NCBI GenBank assembly: GCA_035193785.1
Contig: CP136572.1
Location: forward strand, 768,001-832,000
DNA length: 64,000 nucleotides
DNA from: Planktothrix sp. GU0601_MAG3
GTDB lineage: Bacteria > Cyanobacteriota > Cyanobacteriia > Cyanobacteriales > Microcoleaceae
Direction of reading: 5' to 3'
Shown: positions 24,988-38,518 of the stretch, in pieces
Layout: each line of letters starts with the position of its first letter
Numbering within the stretch: position 1 is the stretch's first letter
The notes under the pieces: model-generated
What the model was told of the DNA's origin: nothing
The model's database searches: none
What the model saw: only the letters and a program-made list of their open reading frames with translations
Made by a program: the position numbers and the translations under genes

Positions 24988-25033
24988 TTTCTAGCTTTTT
25001 GGAAAAGGATAATTTCTTTCCCGTCTATTTATG

Positions 25034-25367
25034 TTATGAATTCCACATTCCTTGGGAACCCTGACCCCAGAAACCATCATATTTTTTAACTTTGATATCC
25101 CCCAAAACTTGAACCTGACAGGCTAAACGGCGGGTGCTACCGGAGGAATGGGGAGGAAGGGAAAGGCGGGTTTTTTCTTTCCATTGGGGTTCGGAAACTT
25201 CCCCTTCAATTTCCACGCAACAAGTCCCACAAGTCCCGAAACCCGTGACAGTTAATCAGGGAGGCTTGACCATTGTAGAGATCAATTCCATTCTCTAATA
25301 AAACTTTACGGAGATTAGCACCGCGATCGCAAGTAATTGTTTTCCCTTGAGCTTGAATTTGTACCAT
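25034..25367 (-). CDS. 2Fe-2S ferredoxin-like protein, split at ~25239
   Basis: NCHGFGTCGTC after repair, and RLACQ. Confidence 0.85.
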
Positions 25368-25597
25368 GTTTCCCTTGATGAAAGTGATGCAATAATTCTT
25401 AACTGAATTCTGACTTTTTTTCAAGCCCAAAACGAGATATTTAAAAGTAAAATAATAGTGAAAAATAAAAAGGTTAGCTGGGATGGACGATTAGAAGCCC
25501 GTAGAGGTCGCAGCAGCAAGCCCTAACGCTAAAATATGATGAAATACTGATATTTGTGGCACTGTCAATTAATTGTTAACGATAAATCTTATTAGCC

Positions 25598-27218
25598 ATG
25601 ACTCACCAACTTTGTATTTATGATACCACATTAAGAGACGGTGCTCAACGGGAAGGATTATCCCTATCTCTTGATGATAAATTGCGAATTGCGCGTCAAT
25701 TGGATAGTTTAGGAATCCCTTTTATTGAAGGCGGATGGCCGGGGGCAAATCCTAAAGATGTGCAGTTTTTTTGGAAGTTGCAAGAACAACCCTTAGTTAA
25801 TTCGGAAGTGGTGGCATTTTGTTCCACCCGACGACCGAATAGTAATGCAGCCGAAGATGATAATTTAAAAGCAATTTTATCGGCGGGAAACACGTTGGAT
25901 AACGTTATTTGGGAAATCCTGGGATTTGCACGTTATCGAAGGATTGCAAACTACCCTAACGGAAAACCTGGCGATGATTGCCGATACTATTCAGTTTTTT
26001 AGGAGTCAGGGAAGACGGGTTATTTATGATGCGGAACATTGGTTTGATGGCTATAAAAATAATCCTGATTATGCCTTACAAACCCTAATAACGGCAGCCC
26101 AGGCGGGGGCGGAATGGTTGGTTTTTTGTGATACCAATGGCGGGACTTTACCCCATGAAGTGACTCAAATTGTGCGGGATGCTATCCAAGCCACAAAAGA
26201 CCTAGAAACCCCTTTTCCTTTGCAATTTGGGATTCATAGTCATAATGATTCGGGAACGGCTATTGGGAATGCGATCGCCGCCGTATTAGAAGGAGTCACG
26301 ATGGTACAGGGAACCATTAATGGCTATGGAGAACGCTGTGGAAATGCCAATCTTTGTACCTTAATTCCCAATTTCCAGTTAAAATTAGACTATAATTGTA
26401 TTAAAGATGAACAGATCAAAAGACTAACAGAAGTAAGTCGTTTTGTGAGTGAAGTCGCCAATTTAGCCCCGGATGATCATGCACCTTTTGTGGGATTATC
26501 TGCTTTTTCCCATAAGGGCGGAATTCATGTTTCGGCGGTACAAAAAAATCCCCTCACCTATGAACATATCCCCCCGGAAACCATTGGCAATCAACGGCGA
26601 ATTGTGGTTTCCGATCAAGCGGGTTTAAGTAATGTTTTAGCCAAAGCTAGAACCTTTGGGATTGATTTAGATCGGAATAATCCCGCCAGTCGTAAAATTT
26701 TACAACAACTGAAGAGTTTAGAAAATCAGGGTTATCAATTTGAAGCGGCGGAGGCAAGTTTTGATTTATTAATGCGGGAAGCATTAGGAACACGCAAAGG
26801 CTTTTTTACCCTAAAAGGATTTCAGGTACATTGTGATAAATCTAGTGATGAAGTTTGCCATGCTTTAGCAACGGTGAAAGTAGCTGTTAATGGTCAAGAT
26901 ATCTTAGAAGCCGCCGAGGGAAACGGCCCCGTATCGGCTTTAGATGCTGCTTTAAGAAAAGCCTTGGTAAATTTTTATCCGATGATTGCCGAATTTCAAC
27001 TGCGAGATTATAAAGTTAGAATTCTCGATGGCGGTTCGGGCACATCGGCAAAAACTCGGGTTTTAGTTGAGTCCAGTAACGGTCAGCAACGCTGGACAAC
27101 GGTGGGAGTTTCTACTAATATTATTGATGCCTCCTATCAAGCGGTTGTGGAAGGTTTAGAATATGGTTTATTACTGAAACAGCAGGAAACTCCGGTTAGT
27201 GTGGTTGCAGTAATTTAA
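25598..27218 (+). CDS. cimA: Citramalate synthase, split at ~25888
   Basis: YDTTLRDGAQ, IEGGWPGANPKD, YDAEHWFDG, HSHND, GYGERCGNA; LeuA-type regulatory domain. Confidence 0.9.
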
Positions 27219-27277
27219 CCTGGGCTGAGTTTAAATTCATCATTCTCCCCATCCCTTAATTTTAAAGGTGGGGATTT

Positions 27278-27490
27278 TCCTATTCCCTATTCCCTATTCC
27301 CTATTCCCTATTCCCTATTCCCTATTCCCTATTCCCTATTCCCTATTCCCTATTCCCTATTCCCTATTCCCTATTCCCTATTCCCTATTCCCTATTCCCT
27401 ATTCCCTATTCCCTATTCCCTATTCCCTATTCCCTATTCCCTATTCCCTATTCCCTGTTCCCTATTCCCTGTTCCCTGTTCCCTGTTCCC
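27278..27490. repeat. STRR heptamer array (CCCTATT/CCCTGTT), about 30 units
   Basis: Directly visible. Confidence 0.95.
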
Positions 27491-27669
27491 TTTTAACCAT
27501 TTTACTTTTATAAAATTTAATAAAAAATATAGTTTTTCTTTTATAAAACTGCTTTATCATGGAGGCATAGATTTTATAGCAAAAATAAAACAATAATTTA
27601 TTCCAGAATCATCCTTTTGTTGGGTTAATTAATCCGCAACCGAGAGTTTATAATTCTCAGGAGAAAGAT

Positions 27670-29511
27670 ATGCAAAATCAACAACAAGTTTCAGGCGCGT
27701 TTGCCTTAGTTGATAGTCTAAAACGTCATGGTGTTAAACATATTTTTGGCTATCCCGGCGGGGCAAATTTACCGATTTATGACGAACTTTATCGAGCAGA
27801 ACAGGCGGGAGATTTACAACATATTCTAGTCCGCCATGAACAAGCCGCCGCCCACGCCGCCGATGGTTATGCCCGGGCAACGGGTCGGGTGGGGGTCTGT
27901 TTGGCAACCTCTGGCCCCGGGGCTACCAACCTAGTCACGGGCTTGGCGACGGCTTACATGGACTCCGTGGCGATGGTGGCAATTACCGGACAGGTGCCCC
28001 GGGGGTCTTTAGGGAGTGACGCCTTCCAAGAAATTGATATTTATGGAATCACTTTACCCATTGTTAAACACTCTTATTTAGTGAGAAATCCGGCGGATAT
28101 TTCTCGGATTGTGGCGGAAGCCTTTCACTTAGCCAATAGTGGCAGACCTGGGCCAGTTTTAATTGATATTCCCAAGGATGTGGGCATTGCTAAAATTAAT
28201 TATCGTCCCGTCGAACCGGGTCAAGTGAAACTAAGTGGATATAAGCCAACGGTCAAAGGAAATCCCCGCCAAATTCATCAAGCCTTAGAGTTAATTCAAC
28301 AGGCAAAAAAACCCCTATTATATGTCGGTGGGGGAGCAATTATTAGTAATTCCCATGCCGAAATTCAAGAACTCGTAGAACGATTTCAAATTCCGGTGAC
28401 GACGACTTTAATGGGGAAAGGAATATTCAATGAAAATCATCCTTTATGTTTAGGAATGTTGGGAATGCACGGTACAGCATACTCTAATTTTGCCGTGGCT
28501 GAATGTGATTTATTAATTGCTTTAGGGGTGAGGTTTGATGACCGAGTGGCGAGTCAAGGCAATGACTTTGCGAAAAATGCGAAAGTGATTCATATTGATA
28601 TTGATCCGGCGGAAGTGGGAAAAACACGCCAACCCGATGTTCCCATTGTCGGAGATGTGCGTCAAGTTTTAGTTGATTTATTGCGTCATGCCCATGAGTT
28701 GGGAGATAGTATTGATCCCGAAAAAAACAATAGTTGGTGTGAACATTTAGCCCAACTGCGATTAGAATATCCCCTGGAAATTTCCCAACCAGAAACGGGA
28801 ATTTCTCCTCAAGAAGTGATTGTAGAAATTTCTCGCCAAGCTCCCGATGCTTTCTATACCACCGATGTTGGACAGCATCAAATGTGGTCGGCTCAATTCC
28901 TCAAAACCGGGCCGCGACGGTGGATTTCTAGCGGGGGTTTAGGAACCATGGGCTATGGACTTCCGGCGGCGGTGGGGGTAAAAATTGCCCTCCCCCATGA
29001 ACAGGTAATTTGTATTAGTGGGGATGGGAGTTTTCAGATGAATATGCAGGAATTGGGAACTATTTCCCAATATAATGTGGGGCTGAAAGTGGTTATTTTA
29101 AATAATGGTTGGTTGGGGATGGTGCGCCAGTGGCAACATTTATTTTATGGCGATCGCTATGAAGCCACCAATTTAGAAAAAGGCAGTCCCAATTTTGCTA
29201 AATTAGCCGATGTTTATAATATTAAATCCCTGAATATTTCCCGACGGGAAGATTTAGCAGGGGCGATCGCGGAATTATTAGCTAATGACGGCCCCATGTT
29301 ATTAGATGTGCGGGTGACTCGTACTGAAGACTGTTTCCCCATGGTGGCTCCAGGTCATGGAAATAATGATATGATGGGTTTAAAACCAGCGATTCCCCAA
29401 ACCAATCCTCAAGTATTGGTGTGTCCAACTTGTGGGACACCGAACCCGATTAATCACAAATGTTGTTCAGAATGTGGAGCGCAATTAATAACGGATTTCG
29501 TGTTAGCTTAG
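27670..29511 (+). CDS. ilvB: Biosynthetic acetolactate synthase large subunit with C-terminal zinc ribbon
   Basis: [32 protein letters not shown] and GDGSFQMN; tail CPTC...CSEC. Confidence 0.93.
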   Translation: MQNQQQVSGAFALVDSLKRHGVKHIFGYPGGANLPIYDELYRAEQAGDLQHILVRHEQAAAHAADGYARATGRVGVCLATSGPGATNLVTGLATAYMDSVAMVAITGQVPRGSLGSDAFQEIDIYGITLPIVKHSYLVRNPADISRIVAEAFHLANSGRPGPVLIDIPKDVGIAKINYRPVEPGQVKLSGYKPTVKGNPRQIHQALELIQQAKKPLLYVGGGAIISNSHAEIQELVERFQIPVTTTLMGKGIFNENHPLCLGMLGMHGTAYSNFAVAECDLLIALGVRFDDRVASQGNDFAKNAKVIHIDIDPAEVGKTRQPDVPIVGDVRQVLVDLLRHAHELGDSIDPEKNNSWCEHLAQLRLEYPLEISQPETGISPQEVIVEISRQAPDAFYTTDVGQHQMWSAQFLKTGPRRWISSGGLGTMGYGLPAAVGVKIALPHEQVICISGDGSFQMNMQELGTISQYNVGLKVVILNNGWLGMVRQWQHLFYGDRYEATNLEKGSPNFAKLADVYNIKSLNISRREDLAGAIAELLANDGPMLLDVRVTRTEDCFPMVAPGHGNNDMMGLKPAIPQTNPQVLVCPTCGTPNPINHKCCSECGAQLITDFVLA

Positions 29512-29550
29512 ATCCTATAGAAATAGAACCCATTATTAAACTTAAAAACC

Positions 29551-31082
29551 ATGTTAGCCAGGGTTTGGAGTGCCTCTATTATTGGAATTGATGCGGTTAA
29601 GGTCGGGGTGGAAGTTGATATTTCCGGGGGACTGCCTAAAATTATGGTGTTGGGACTTCCCGATGCGGCGGTTCAAGAATCACGAGAAACGGGTAAAAGC
29701 AACTTTAAAAAATGCCGGATACGCTTTTCCGATGCGAAATATTGTAATTAATTTAACTCCGGCGGATTTACGCAAAGAAGGGCCGAGTTTTGACCTCCCA
29801 ATTAGTCTTGGGATTTTAGCCGCATCCGAACAAATTAAGGCTGATTTATTGGGGGATTTTTTATTTTTAGGAGAGGTGAGTTTAGATGGTGGGTTAAGAC
29901 CCGTTGCTGGGGTACTTCCGATTGCCGTAGCAGCCCAAAAAATGGGAATTACCGGGTTAGTTGTTCCTGAAGATAATGTTCAAGAAGCGGCCGTTGTGCA
30001 GGGATTATCGGTTTATGGATTTAAAAGTTTATTAGATGTGACGGATTTTTTAAATCATCCCAGCGCCTATCAACCTGTTAAATTAACTGCATTGGATTTA
30101 TTATCTCAAAAAACAACAATTGGCTTAGATTTAAGTGAAGTTAAAGGACAAGCCCACGCTAGACGGGCGTTAGAAATTGCTGCCACCGGAGGACATAATT
30201 TAATTTTTGTCGGGCCGCCGGGGAGTGGAAAAACTATGTTAGCCCGACGTTTACCCGGAATTTTACCCCCGTTAAGTTTTGAAGAATCCTTAGAAGTAAC
30301 TCGGATTTATTCGGTGGCGGGACTATTAAAAAATCGCGGAACTTTGGTAAGCGATCGCCCCTTTAGAAGTCCCCATCATTCCGCTTCCGGCCCGGCGTTA
30401 GTTGGGGGCGGAACCTATCCCAAACCCGGGGAGATTTCTTTAGCCCATCGGGGGATTTTGTTCGCCGATGAATTAACCGAATTTAAACGGGATGTATTAG
30501 AGTTTTTAAGACAACCTTTAGAGGATGGATTTGTGACGGTTTCTCGCACTAAACAATCGGTAATTTTTCCAGCTAAATTTACCTTAGTAGCGAGTACCAA
30601 TCCCTGTCCCTGTGGATATTATGGGGATACTATTCAACCTTGTACCTGTTCGCCTCGTCAACGAGAACAATATTGGGCAAAATTATCAGGGCCATTGATG
30701 GATCGGATTGATTTACAAGTGGCAGTTAATCGATTAAAACCGGAGGAAATTTTACAACAATCTCAAGGTGAAAATTCGGCTAATATTCGACAACGAGTAA
30801 TTACAGCCAGGGAACGAACTTTTCAACGATTTGAAGACGAACCCCAGCTAAAATCAAATGCGGAAATGCAGAGTCGCCATATTCAAAAATGGTGTCAATT
30901 GGATAAGGTCGGACAGAGTTTATTAGAAAATGCGATTAGGAAATTAGGGTTATCAGCAAGGGCGAGTGATCGGATTTTAAAGGTAGGTCGAACTATTGCT
31001 GATTTATCGGGGGAAGATGATATTAAACCAGCCCATGTTGCGGAGGCTATTCAATACCGAAACTATTGATCGAATGCAGTAA
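29551..31082 (+). CDS. YifB/ComM Mg-chelatase-like AAA+ ATPase, split at ~29687 and ~31060
   Basis: KEGPSFDLPI, GPPGSGKT, RPFRSPHHS, NPCPCG and DRIDL. Confidence 0.92.
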
Positions 31083-31209
31083 ATTGTAGGGGGAATTTGT
31101 TGTCATTCCGTCTTTTACGGATTACTATTGTTTATAGGTAGCAAACATTTAGGACTTAAAACAATAGCGGCGGTTTCCTCTATACCCGGCAAAATTTCCT
31201 GTTTATCCT

Positions 31210-34200
31210 ATGTCCTATTCCATTTATCAAGTGGGTGGGAGTTTACCTGTCGATGCTCCGACCTATATTAAACGACAAGCGGATGAAGACCTGTATCAAG
31301 CCTTAAAAGCTGGAGAGTTTTGTTATGTGTTAAACTCCCGACAAATGGGAAAATCTTCCTTGCGAGTCCGCACAATGCAACGGTTACAAGATGCAGGGGT
31401 TTTATGTGTTTCTATTGATTTAACAGCTATTGGGACGGCGGATATTACATCGGAAGAATGGTATGCGGGAATTATTGATAGTATTGTTAGTAGTTTGAAT
31501 TTATATGATAATTTTGATTTAGATGAATGGTGGACTAAAAATCAACAGTTATCGAATGTGAGACGCTGGTATAAATTTATTGACGATATATTATTACCCT
31601 CTACTTCAAAAAATATTGTTGTTTTTATTGATGAAATTGATAGTGTTTTAAGTTTAAAATTTTCCGTTGATGATTTTTTTGCCTTAATTCGTTCCTGTTA
31701 TAATCAACGGGTAGATCAACCCGAATATAAACGTTTAACCTTTGCTTTATTAGGTGTCGCTACCCCTTCCGATTTAATCAAAGATAAAACTCGAACACCC
31801 TTTAATATTGGTTGCGCTATTTCCTTAGAAGGATTTCAATTATCAGAAACGTTACCTTTAGTACCCGGTTTAGCAATAAAAAGTCAAAATCCTAAAAAAG
31901 TCATAGCAGAAATCCTAAATTGGACGGGAGGACAACCGTTTTTAACCCAAAAAGTTTGTAATTTAGTTTTAAATAAAATTACTAATATTGTTGAAGGGGA
32001 AGAATATCAAGTTCTTAAAGTTCTAGTCACTGATTATATCATAAAAGATTGGGAAAATCAAGATGAACCAGAACATTTAAGAACCATTCGTGACCGTCTT
32101 CTGGTGAAGGAAAAACGAGCCAGTCGGTTATTAGGAATTTATCAACAAATTTTACATCATAGAGAACTGGAAACCGATGGTAGTCAAGAACAAACGGAAT
32201 TACAATTATCAGGATTAATTGTGAAACGAGGGGCAAAACTCAAGGTTTATAATTTAATTTATCAAGAAGTTTTTAATCTGGATTGGTTAACCAAAGAATT
32301 AACAAAATTGCGTCCCTATTCAGAATCTTTTATTGCTTGGAAAAAATCCGGGTATCAAGACGAGTCTCGGTTATTACGGGGACAAGCATTAATTGATGCC
32401 TTAGTTTGGGAACAGGATAAAAATTTATCGGCGGAAGATTATCGCTTTTTAGAAGCAAGTCAGAAATTAGAACAAAAAGCGACTAAATTAGAATTAGAAG
32501 CCGAAAAACAAGCCAATAAAATATTAGTGGAAGCCAAACAAAACGCTGATTTATCCCTAGCAGAAGCTAATCAAGAATTAACTAAAATCAAAAAACAAAC
32601 TGAAAAGCTAATTCGCCGAGGGCGAAAAGTCACGATAATCACAGCTATTATCGCCGGAATCCTGAGCTTATCTGTTTTCATTTTTGCTCAAAACAAGTTA
32701 ACAACTTTTAACTTAGTAAATACTAGATTAATGAATGCTGTGGCTAAAGAAAAATTTTCGGCAGATCAACACCTTGAGTCATTGATAGAAAGTTTGAACG
32801 CTGCACAGCAATTAAAACGATTAAACAAATCAATTTGGGATAGAGATAACATTAAATCCCAAGTTTTTATTACCCTTAATCAAGCTATTTACACAATTAA
32901 AAACTATCAAATTCTCTCTGGTCATAGTGGTTGGGTATCAGCAGTCATTTTTAGTCCCGATGGGAAAATCATTGCTTCTGCGGGTGGTGACAACACTGTA
33001 AAATTGTGGAAACCAGATGGTACTCCGATTAAAACTTTATCGGGTCATAGTGGTTGGGTATCAGCAGTCAGTTTTAGTCCCGATGGGAAAATCATTGCTT
33101 CTGCTAGTGCTGACAAAACTGTAAAATTGTGGAAACCAGATGGTACTCTGATTAAAACTTTATCGGGTCATAGTGGTTGGGTATCAGCAGTCAGTTTTAG
33201 TCCCGATGGGAAAATCATTGCTTCTGCGGGTGCTGACAAAACTGTAAAATTGTGGAAACCAGATGGAATTCTCCTCAAAACTTTATCGGGTCATAGTGAT
33301 TCGGTATCAGCAGTCAGTTTTAGTCCCGACGGGAAAATCATCGCTTCTGTTAGTCGTGACAAAACTGTAAAATTGTGGAAACCAGATGGTACTTTGATCA
33401 AAACTTTATCGGGTCATAGTGATTCGGTATCAGTAGTCAGTTTTAGTCCCGATGGGAAAATCATTGCTTCTGCTAGTGATGACAACACCGTGAAATTGTG
33501 GAAACCAGATGGTACTCTAATTAAAACTTTATCGGGTCATAGTGATTCGGTATCAGTAGTCAGTTTTAGTCCTGATGGGGAAATCATTGCTTCTGCTAGT
33601 GCTGACAACACTGTAAAATTGTGGAAACGAGATGGTACTCTGATTAAAACTTTATCGGGTCATAGTGATTGGGTATTCGCAGTCAGTTTTAGTCCCGATG
33701 GGAAAATCATTGCTTCTGCTAGTCGTGACAACACCGTAAAATTGTGGAAACGAGATGGTACTCTGATTAAAACTTTATCGGGTCATAGTGATTGGGTATT
33801 CGCAGTCAGTTTTAGTCCCGATGGGAAAATCATTGCTTCTGCTAGTCGTGACAACACCGTAAAATTGTGGAAACCAGATGGTACTCTGATCAAAACTTTA
33901 TCGGGTCATAGTGGTTTCGGTATCAGCAGTCAGTTTTAGTCCCGATGGGAAAATCATTGCTTCTGCTAGTGCTGACAACACTGTAAAATTGTGGAAACCA
34001 GATGGTACTCTAATTAAAACTTTATCGGGTCATAGTGATTGGGTATCAGAAGTCAGTTTTAGTCCTGATGGGAAAATCATTGCTTCTGCTAGTCGTGACA
34101 AAACCGTAAAATTGTGGAAACCAGATGGTACTCTGATCAAAACTTTATCGGGTCATAGTGGTTGGGTATCAGCAGTCAGTTTTAGTCCCGATGGGAAAAT

Positions 34201-35647
34201 CATTGCTTCTGCTAGTGCTGACAAAACTATAAAATTGTGGAAACCAGATGGTACTCTGATCAAAACTTTATCGGGTCATAGTGGTTGGGTATCAGCAGTC
34301 AGTTTTAGTCCCGATGGGAAAATCATTGCTTCTGCTAGTGCTGACAACACTGTAAAATTGTGGAAACCAGATGGTACTCTGATCGAAACTTTATCGGGTC
34401 ATAGTGATTCGGTATCAGAAGTCAGTTTTAGTCCCGATGGGAAAATCATTGCTTCTGCTAGTGATGACAACACCGTGAAATTGTGGAAACCAGATGGTAC
34501 TCTAATTAAAACTTTATCGGGTCATAGTGGTTGGGTGTCAGCAGTCATTTTTAGTCCCGATGGGAAAATCATTGCTTCTGCTAGTGCTGACAAAACTGTA
34601 AAATTGTGGAAACTTGATGGCACTCTAATTAAAAATTTATCGGGTCATAGTGATTCGGTATCAGCAGTCAGTTTTAGTCCCGATGGGAAAATCATTGCTT
34701 CTGCTAGTCGTGACAACACCGTAAAATTGTGGAAACCAGATGGTACTCTGATTAAAACTTTATCGGGTCATAGTGATTGGGTATCAGCAGTCAGTTTTAG
34801 TCCCGATGGTAACATTCTTGCTTCTGCTGGTAGAGATAATCAGATCATTTTATGGGATTTAACGATAGATATAGATGAATTAGCTGCTTTGGGTTGTCAT
34901 TGGTTAAAGGATTATTTTGTAACTCATTCAGAAGTCAGACAAGAATTATCTATCTGTCAGGATAAAGCGGTATTGAAAGCGACTCCCTTACTTTTATTTA
35001 ATCAAGCACAGGAGTTAGCAAAAATTGGCAATATTCAGGAGTCTTTAGCTTTATTTGAAGAAGCGAAAAAACTGGACTCTACTCTGCAATTTCATCCCCA
35101 AAAAGATGTTTATCAACCAGCAGCATTATATTGGGTTAATCAAGCTAAAATTTATGTGGCTGAGGGAGATGCCAAATTTTCCAAATTTCTCTTTAATAAA
35201 GCTCTGAAAATCAATCCCAATCTCCAGATTAATATAGAAGCAGAAATTACTCTTGCAGAAGCAATTGATCATCTTAAGCAAAAGAATATCAAAACAGCAA
35301 TTAAGTATTATAAGGCAGCAATTAATATTGATAAAAATCTTGATGTTTCAGCCGAACAATGGTACAATTTATGTTGGGATGGTAGTCTAAATGGATATGC
35401 AAAAGATGTTTTATTTGCCTGTGAAAATGCGGTTAAACTTGCTCCTAATGATGGAAATATTAGAGATAGTCGAGGATTAGCTAGGGCTTTAACAGGTGAT
35501 TTTAAAGGAGCAATTGAGGATTTGCAAGATTTTATTAAATGGACGAATGATGATAAAATTAAGACAGAAAGACAGGGCTGGATTAAGGTATTGAAAGCGG
35601 GTAAAAATCCCTTTAATCCAGAGGTATTAGAGAAGTTAAAGCAATAA
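31210..35647 (+). CDS. AAA_35 NTPase + coiled coil + TM + 16 WD40 repeats + TPR-like tail, split at ~33915
   Basis: [24 protein letters not shown]; hydrophobic [17 protein letters not shown]; 41-aa GH...W(K/D) repeats; [13 protein letters not shown]. Confidence 0.9.
32914..34858 (+). repeat. 16 near-identical 123-bp WD40-coding repeats
   Basis: GGTCATAGTG...TTTAGTCCCGATGG...AAATTGTGGAAA recurring at a 123-bp period. Confidence 0.92.
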
Positions 35648-35817
35648 TTTATTAGCCCAGAAATAAATTTCGGGCTAATAGCTAAAACCCGTTAAAACGG
35701 GTTGATGAAATCAAGTATTGAGTTATCTTTGGATAACTTCAGCCTTTATAGCACTACGCATTACAGTTAGGACACTTCTAAATCCAGCAAACTCATTCCC
35801 TGTTCCCTGTGGTTAAA

Positions 35818-37379
35818 TTAAGGAATAACTCGATATAATGGTAAGGGAGATTCAATGCCTTTGAGTTTACGTTCTCCTAAATAAGTAATTTGTAAGGATA
35901 AATGATTCTTAACCACATCATAGACCGTTTGAGAAATACAAAGTTCTCCCGGTATTGATTGAGATTGTAGCCGCGCAGCAATATTAACCCCGGTTTCCTA
36001 ACACATCTCCACCGCTTAAAAATACATCCCCAACATGAATCCCAATCCGATGTTTTAAACTCGTTTCTGGATTAGTTTCGGCGGCGGTTAAAGCTCGTTG
36101 AATTTCCAACCCACAACGCACCGCTTCCACAGCAGAACTAAAATAAAGTAATAATCCATCCCCCATACTTTTAAGTTCTTGTCCGTTGTGCTGACGGATT
36201 AATTCTCGCATCCGAGTAAAATCCCGTTTTAAACACTCTAACATCTGTTTTTGATTGCGTGCCATGCGGCTTGTTGAATCCACAACATCTGTGAACATAA
36301 TCGCGGCTAATTGGGTTTCTTGAAGGGGAGCTTTTAAGAATTGTCCTAATTTTTCTTTAAAATAAATGCGATAGAGATTACATAAGGGGGAAACGTCATT
36401 CCCTTGAAATTTAACTAATCCCATACTTCGCAGTTTAAAGGCTTCAGCAGAAGGAATCGAAACAGGATAATCACTATTAATCACCTGTTTTAAAATATTT
36501 GTTAACTCTTCATTGTTTTCTAAATTGGATAAATGGCGGCGTAAATGATCATAGTAACATCCGGCCTCCGTGGGAGCAGTTTGGATGAATTGTTCTAAGG
36601 TAATTTTATCTTTAGCAATTTGATAGAGTGCCACTCTCACTAAATAGGGATGTCCGCCAATCATATCTAATAAAGCGGTGAATTGAGCCTCGGAAAATTC
36701 CAATCCATGACGGTTAATTAAATCCTGAATTTGTTCCGGGGTGAGTTCGGGAAGTTCCACGGGTAATCCCACATTAAAGGGAGATTGATTAATATTCAGG
36801 GGAATATAAACTTCTTTAGAATGGGAAATCACTAGGCGCAGATTTTGCCAAATTGGTTCATTTTTGCTGCGTTTCATGCCAAGCTCTTAATAGTCCAAAA
36901 AAATCAACGGCAATTTCAGGGTGTTGAAAGATTAAATCGACTTCATCTAATCCCAAAACTAACGGAGAATCGAGTTGAGCCAGTAAATATCGTTGTAAAT
37001 ATTTGGTACATTTATTTTTACTGCCAATTACCCCTTTCCAATATTCTTCGAGTTGGTCATCGAAGCCTAATTCTTCCGCAATACTGGCACAAAACCATTG
37101 TAAAAATCGATCCAGATTACTAAAAAATTCATAGTCGGCTAACTGAAAATTCAAACAAGCTCTGTGATATCCCTGTTGAGTTCCATGGTGGAGAATTCGG
37201 TGCATCAGGGAGCTTTTTCCCATTTGTCGGGGGGCTTTAATCCGAATTAAGGCTGTGGGTCGTATTAAAGCCTGGTAACAGTCGGTTTCAATCGGAGGAC
37301 GTTCAATATATAAAGGAGAGTTTAGGGGTACTTGACCCTCGGGCTCTTCGAGTTGCATGGGGCGGACAGGTGGGTTCAT
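35818..37379 (-). CDS. AAA_35 domain fused to a class III adenylate/guanylate cyclase, split at ~36872 and ~35994
   Basis: APRQMGKSS and LDEVD; cyclase motifs MFTDVVDST, KSMGDG, RIGIHVGDV; after repair continues GTGVNIAARLQ...LKGI to a stop at 35818. Confidence 0.88.
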
Positions 37380-37624
37380 AATGGAAATTTGGGGTGTTTA
37401 TTGTTTCTGTTATAGCTCGAACAGCATAACTGTTGACTCAATTACAGATAAAATTAGCATTAGCATTTAAACCTGAACGTTTTATCAGATCTTTACAAAA
37501 AAAACTAAAATCTTTAAACTAACCCCTGTTAATTTCCCTACTCCACAGACTACATTGTATTTATAGGTTATCGGTATTGATACCGTGATCAATTTTGATT
37601 TAAAACTTAACAAAAGGATTTAAC

Positions 37625-38452
37625 ATGAATACTACACCCAAAGCAACTATGAAATTACTCATCATTGCCACTCCGGCTATTGCTTTATTAAGTAGTGTTT
37701 CCCCTGGTCTTGCGGGTACATTAGCTAAAGCTGAAGCTCAAACCTTGATTTATAATTTCAGTCAATTACCTACAAAAATTTCCACGTTTACAGATACTCA
37801 AACTCTAGCATTAGCTCAGAAAGGGGCTGTATTAGCTTCAGCGAATGCTAATGCCTATTTTGATGTTAACTGCTTGGAACCTGACTATTGTTTTCCCCTG
37901 GCTAATAATAGTTCCCAAGCGATAACTCTAGGAGGAGGTAAAGAATATTTGGGTTTAGCTCAAAGTCAAGCAGCAGCTATTGGTTATCAATTTAAAATTG
38001 CTGATAATCAAGAATTTTCTTTTGATTTTCTCTCATTTTTAAATTTAGAGACCCAAAAATCACAGCCACAAGAATCGACTCGAGCAGAGAATTCTATCGC
38101 TTTCTATTTGTTTGAAGATTCTACCAACACTCTGTTAGATTTCTTCAGTATAAATAGCTCGTTAAATTCTTCTAACAAACATAATTTATCGATCCAAAAT
38201 AGTAACGGATTTCAATTGTCGCCGTTGATGACAACAACAAACCATGAAGAAAATCAGGCATCTGCTGAGATTTTTTTATCAGGATTATATTCTCGTCAAT
38301 TTAGTCAAGGTCAAAGCCTAACCTTAATTACCTATCAAAAGAGTGCCACAATTGCCCAAGCACCTGAACCATCAACCCCCGTCTGGTTATTAATTATGGG
38401 TGCATTAGGAGTCGCATTAGGCTTGAAAAAAAAATCCAGTTTGTCTGATTAA
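37625..38452 (+). CDS. Secreted PEP-CTERM protein with an unnamed beta-rich domain
   Basis: Signal peptide ending SPGLA; C-terminal APEPST + hydrophobic helix + KKK. Confidence 0.85.
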   Translation: MNTTPKATMKLLIIATPAIALLSSVSPGLAGTLAKAEAQTLIYNFSQLPTKISTFTDTQTLALAQKGAVLASANANAYFDVNCLEPDYCFPLANNSSQAITLGGGKEYLGLAQSQAAAIGYQFKIADNQEFSFDFLSFLNLETQKSQPQESTRAENSIAFYLFEDSTNTLLDFFSINSSLNSSNKHNLSIQNSNGFQLSPLMTTTNHEENQASAEIFLSGLYSRQFSQGQSLTLITYQKSATIAQAPEPSTPVWLLIMGALGVALGLKKKSSLSD

Positions 38453-38518
38453 CTTACGAAATTAATCAGTTTTAATGTGCATTTATTTGCTGGCAACAAC
38501 TAATGTCTAATTAAAATT

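Noticed and set aside
27268..27513. 81-aa ORF of (PIPYSLF)n
   Set aside because: Translation of the STRR heptamer array
32914..34858. Diversity-generating retroelement acting on the WD40 repeats
   Set aside because: No reverse transcriptase or template repeat in the window; variation is not adenine-specific
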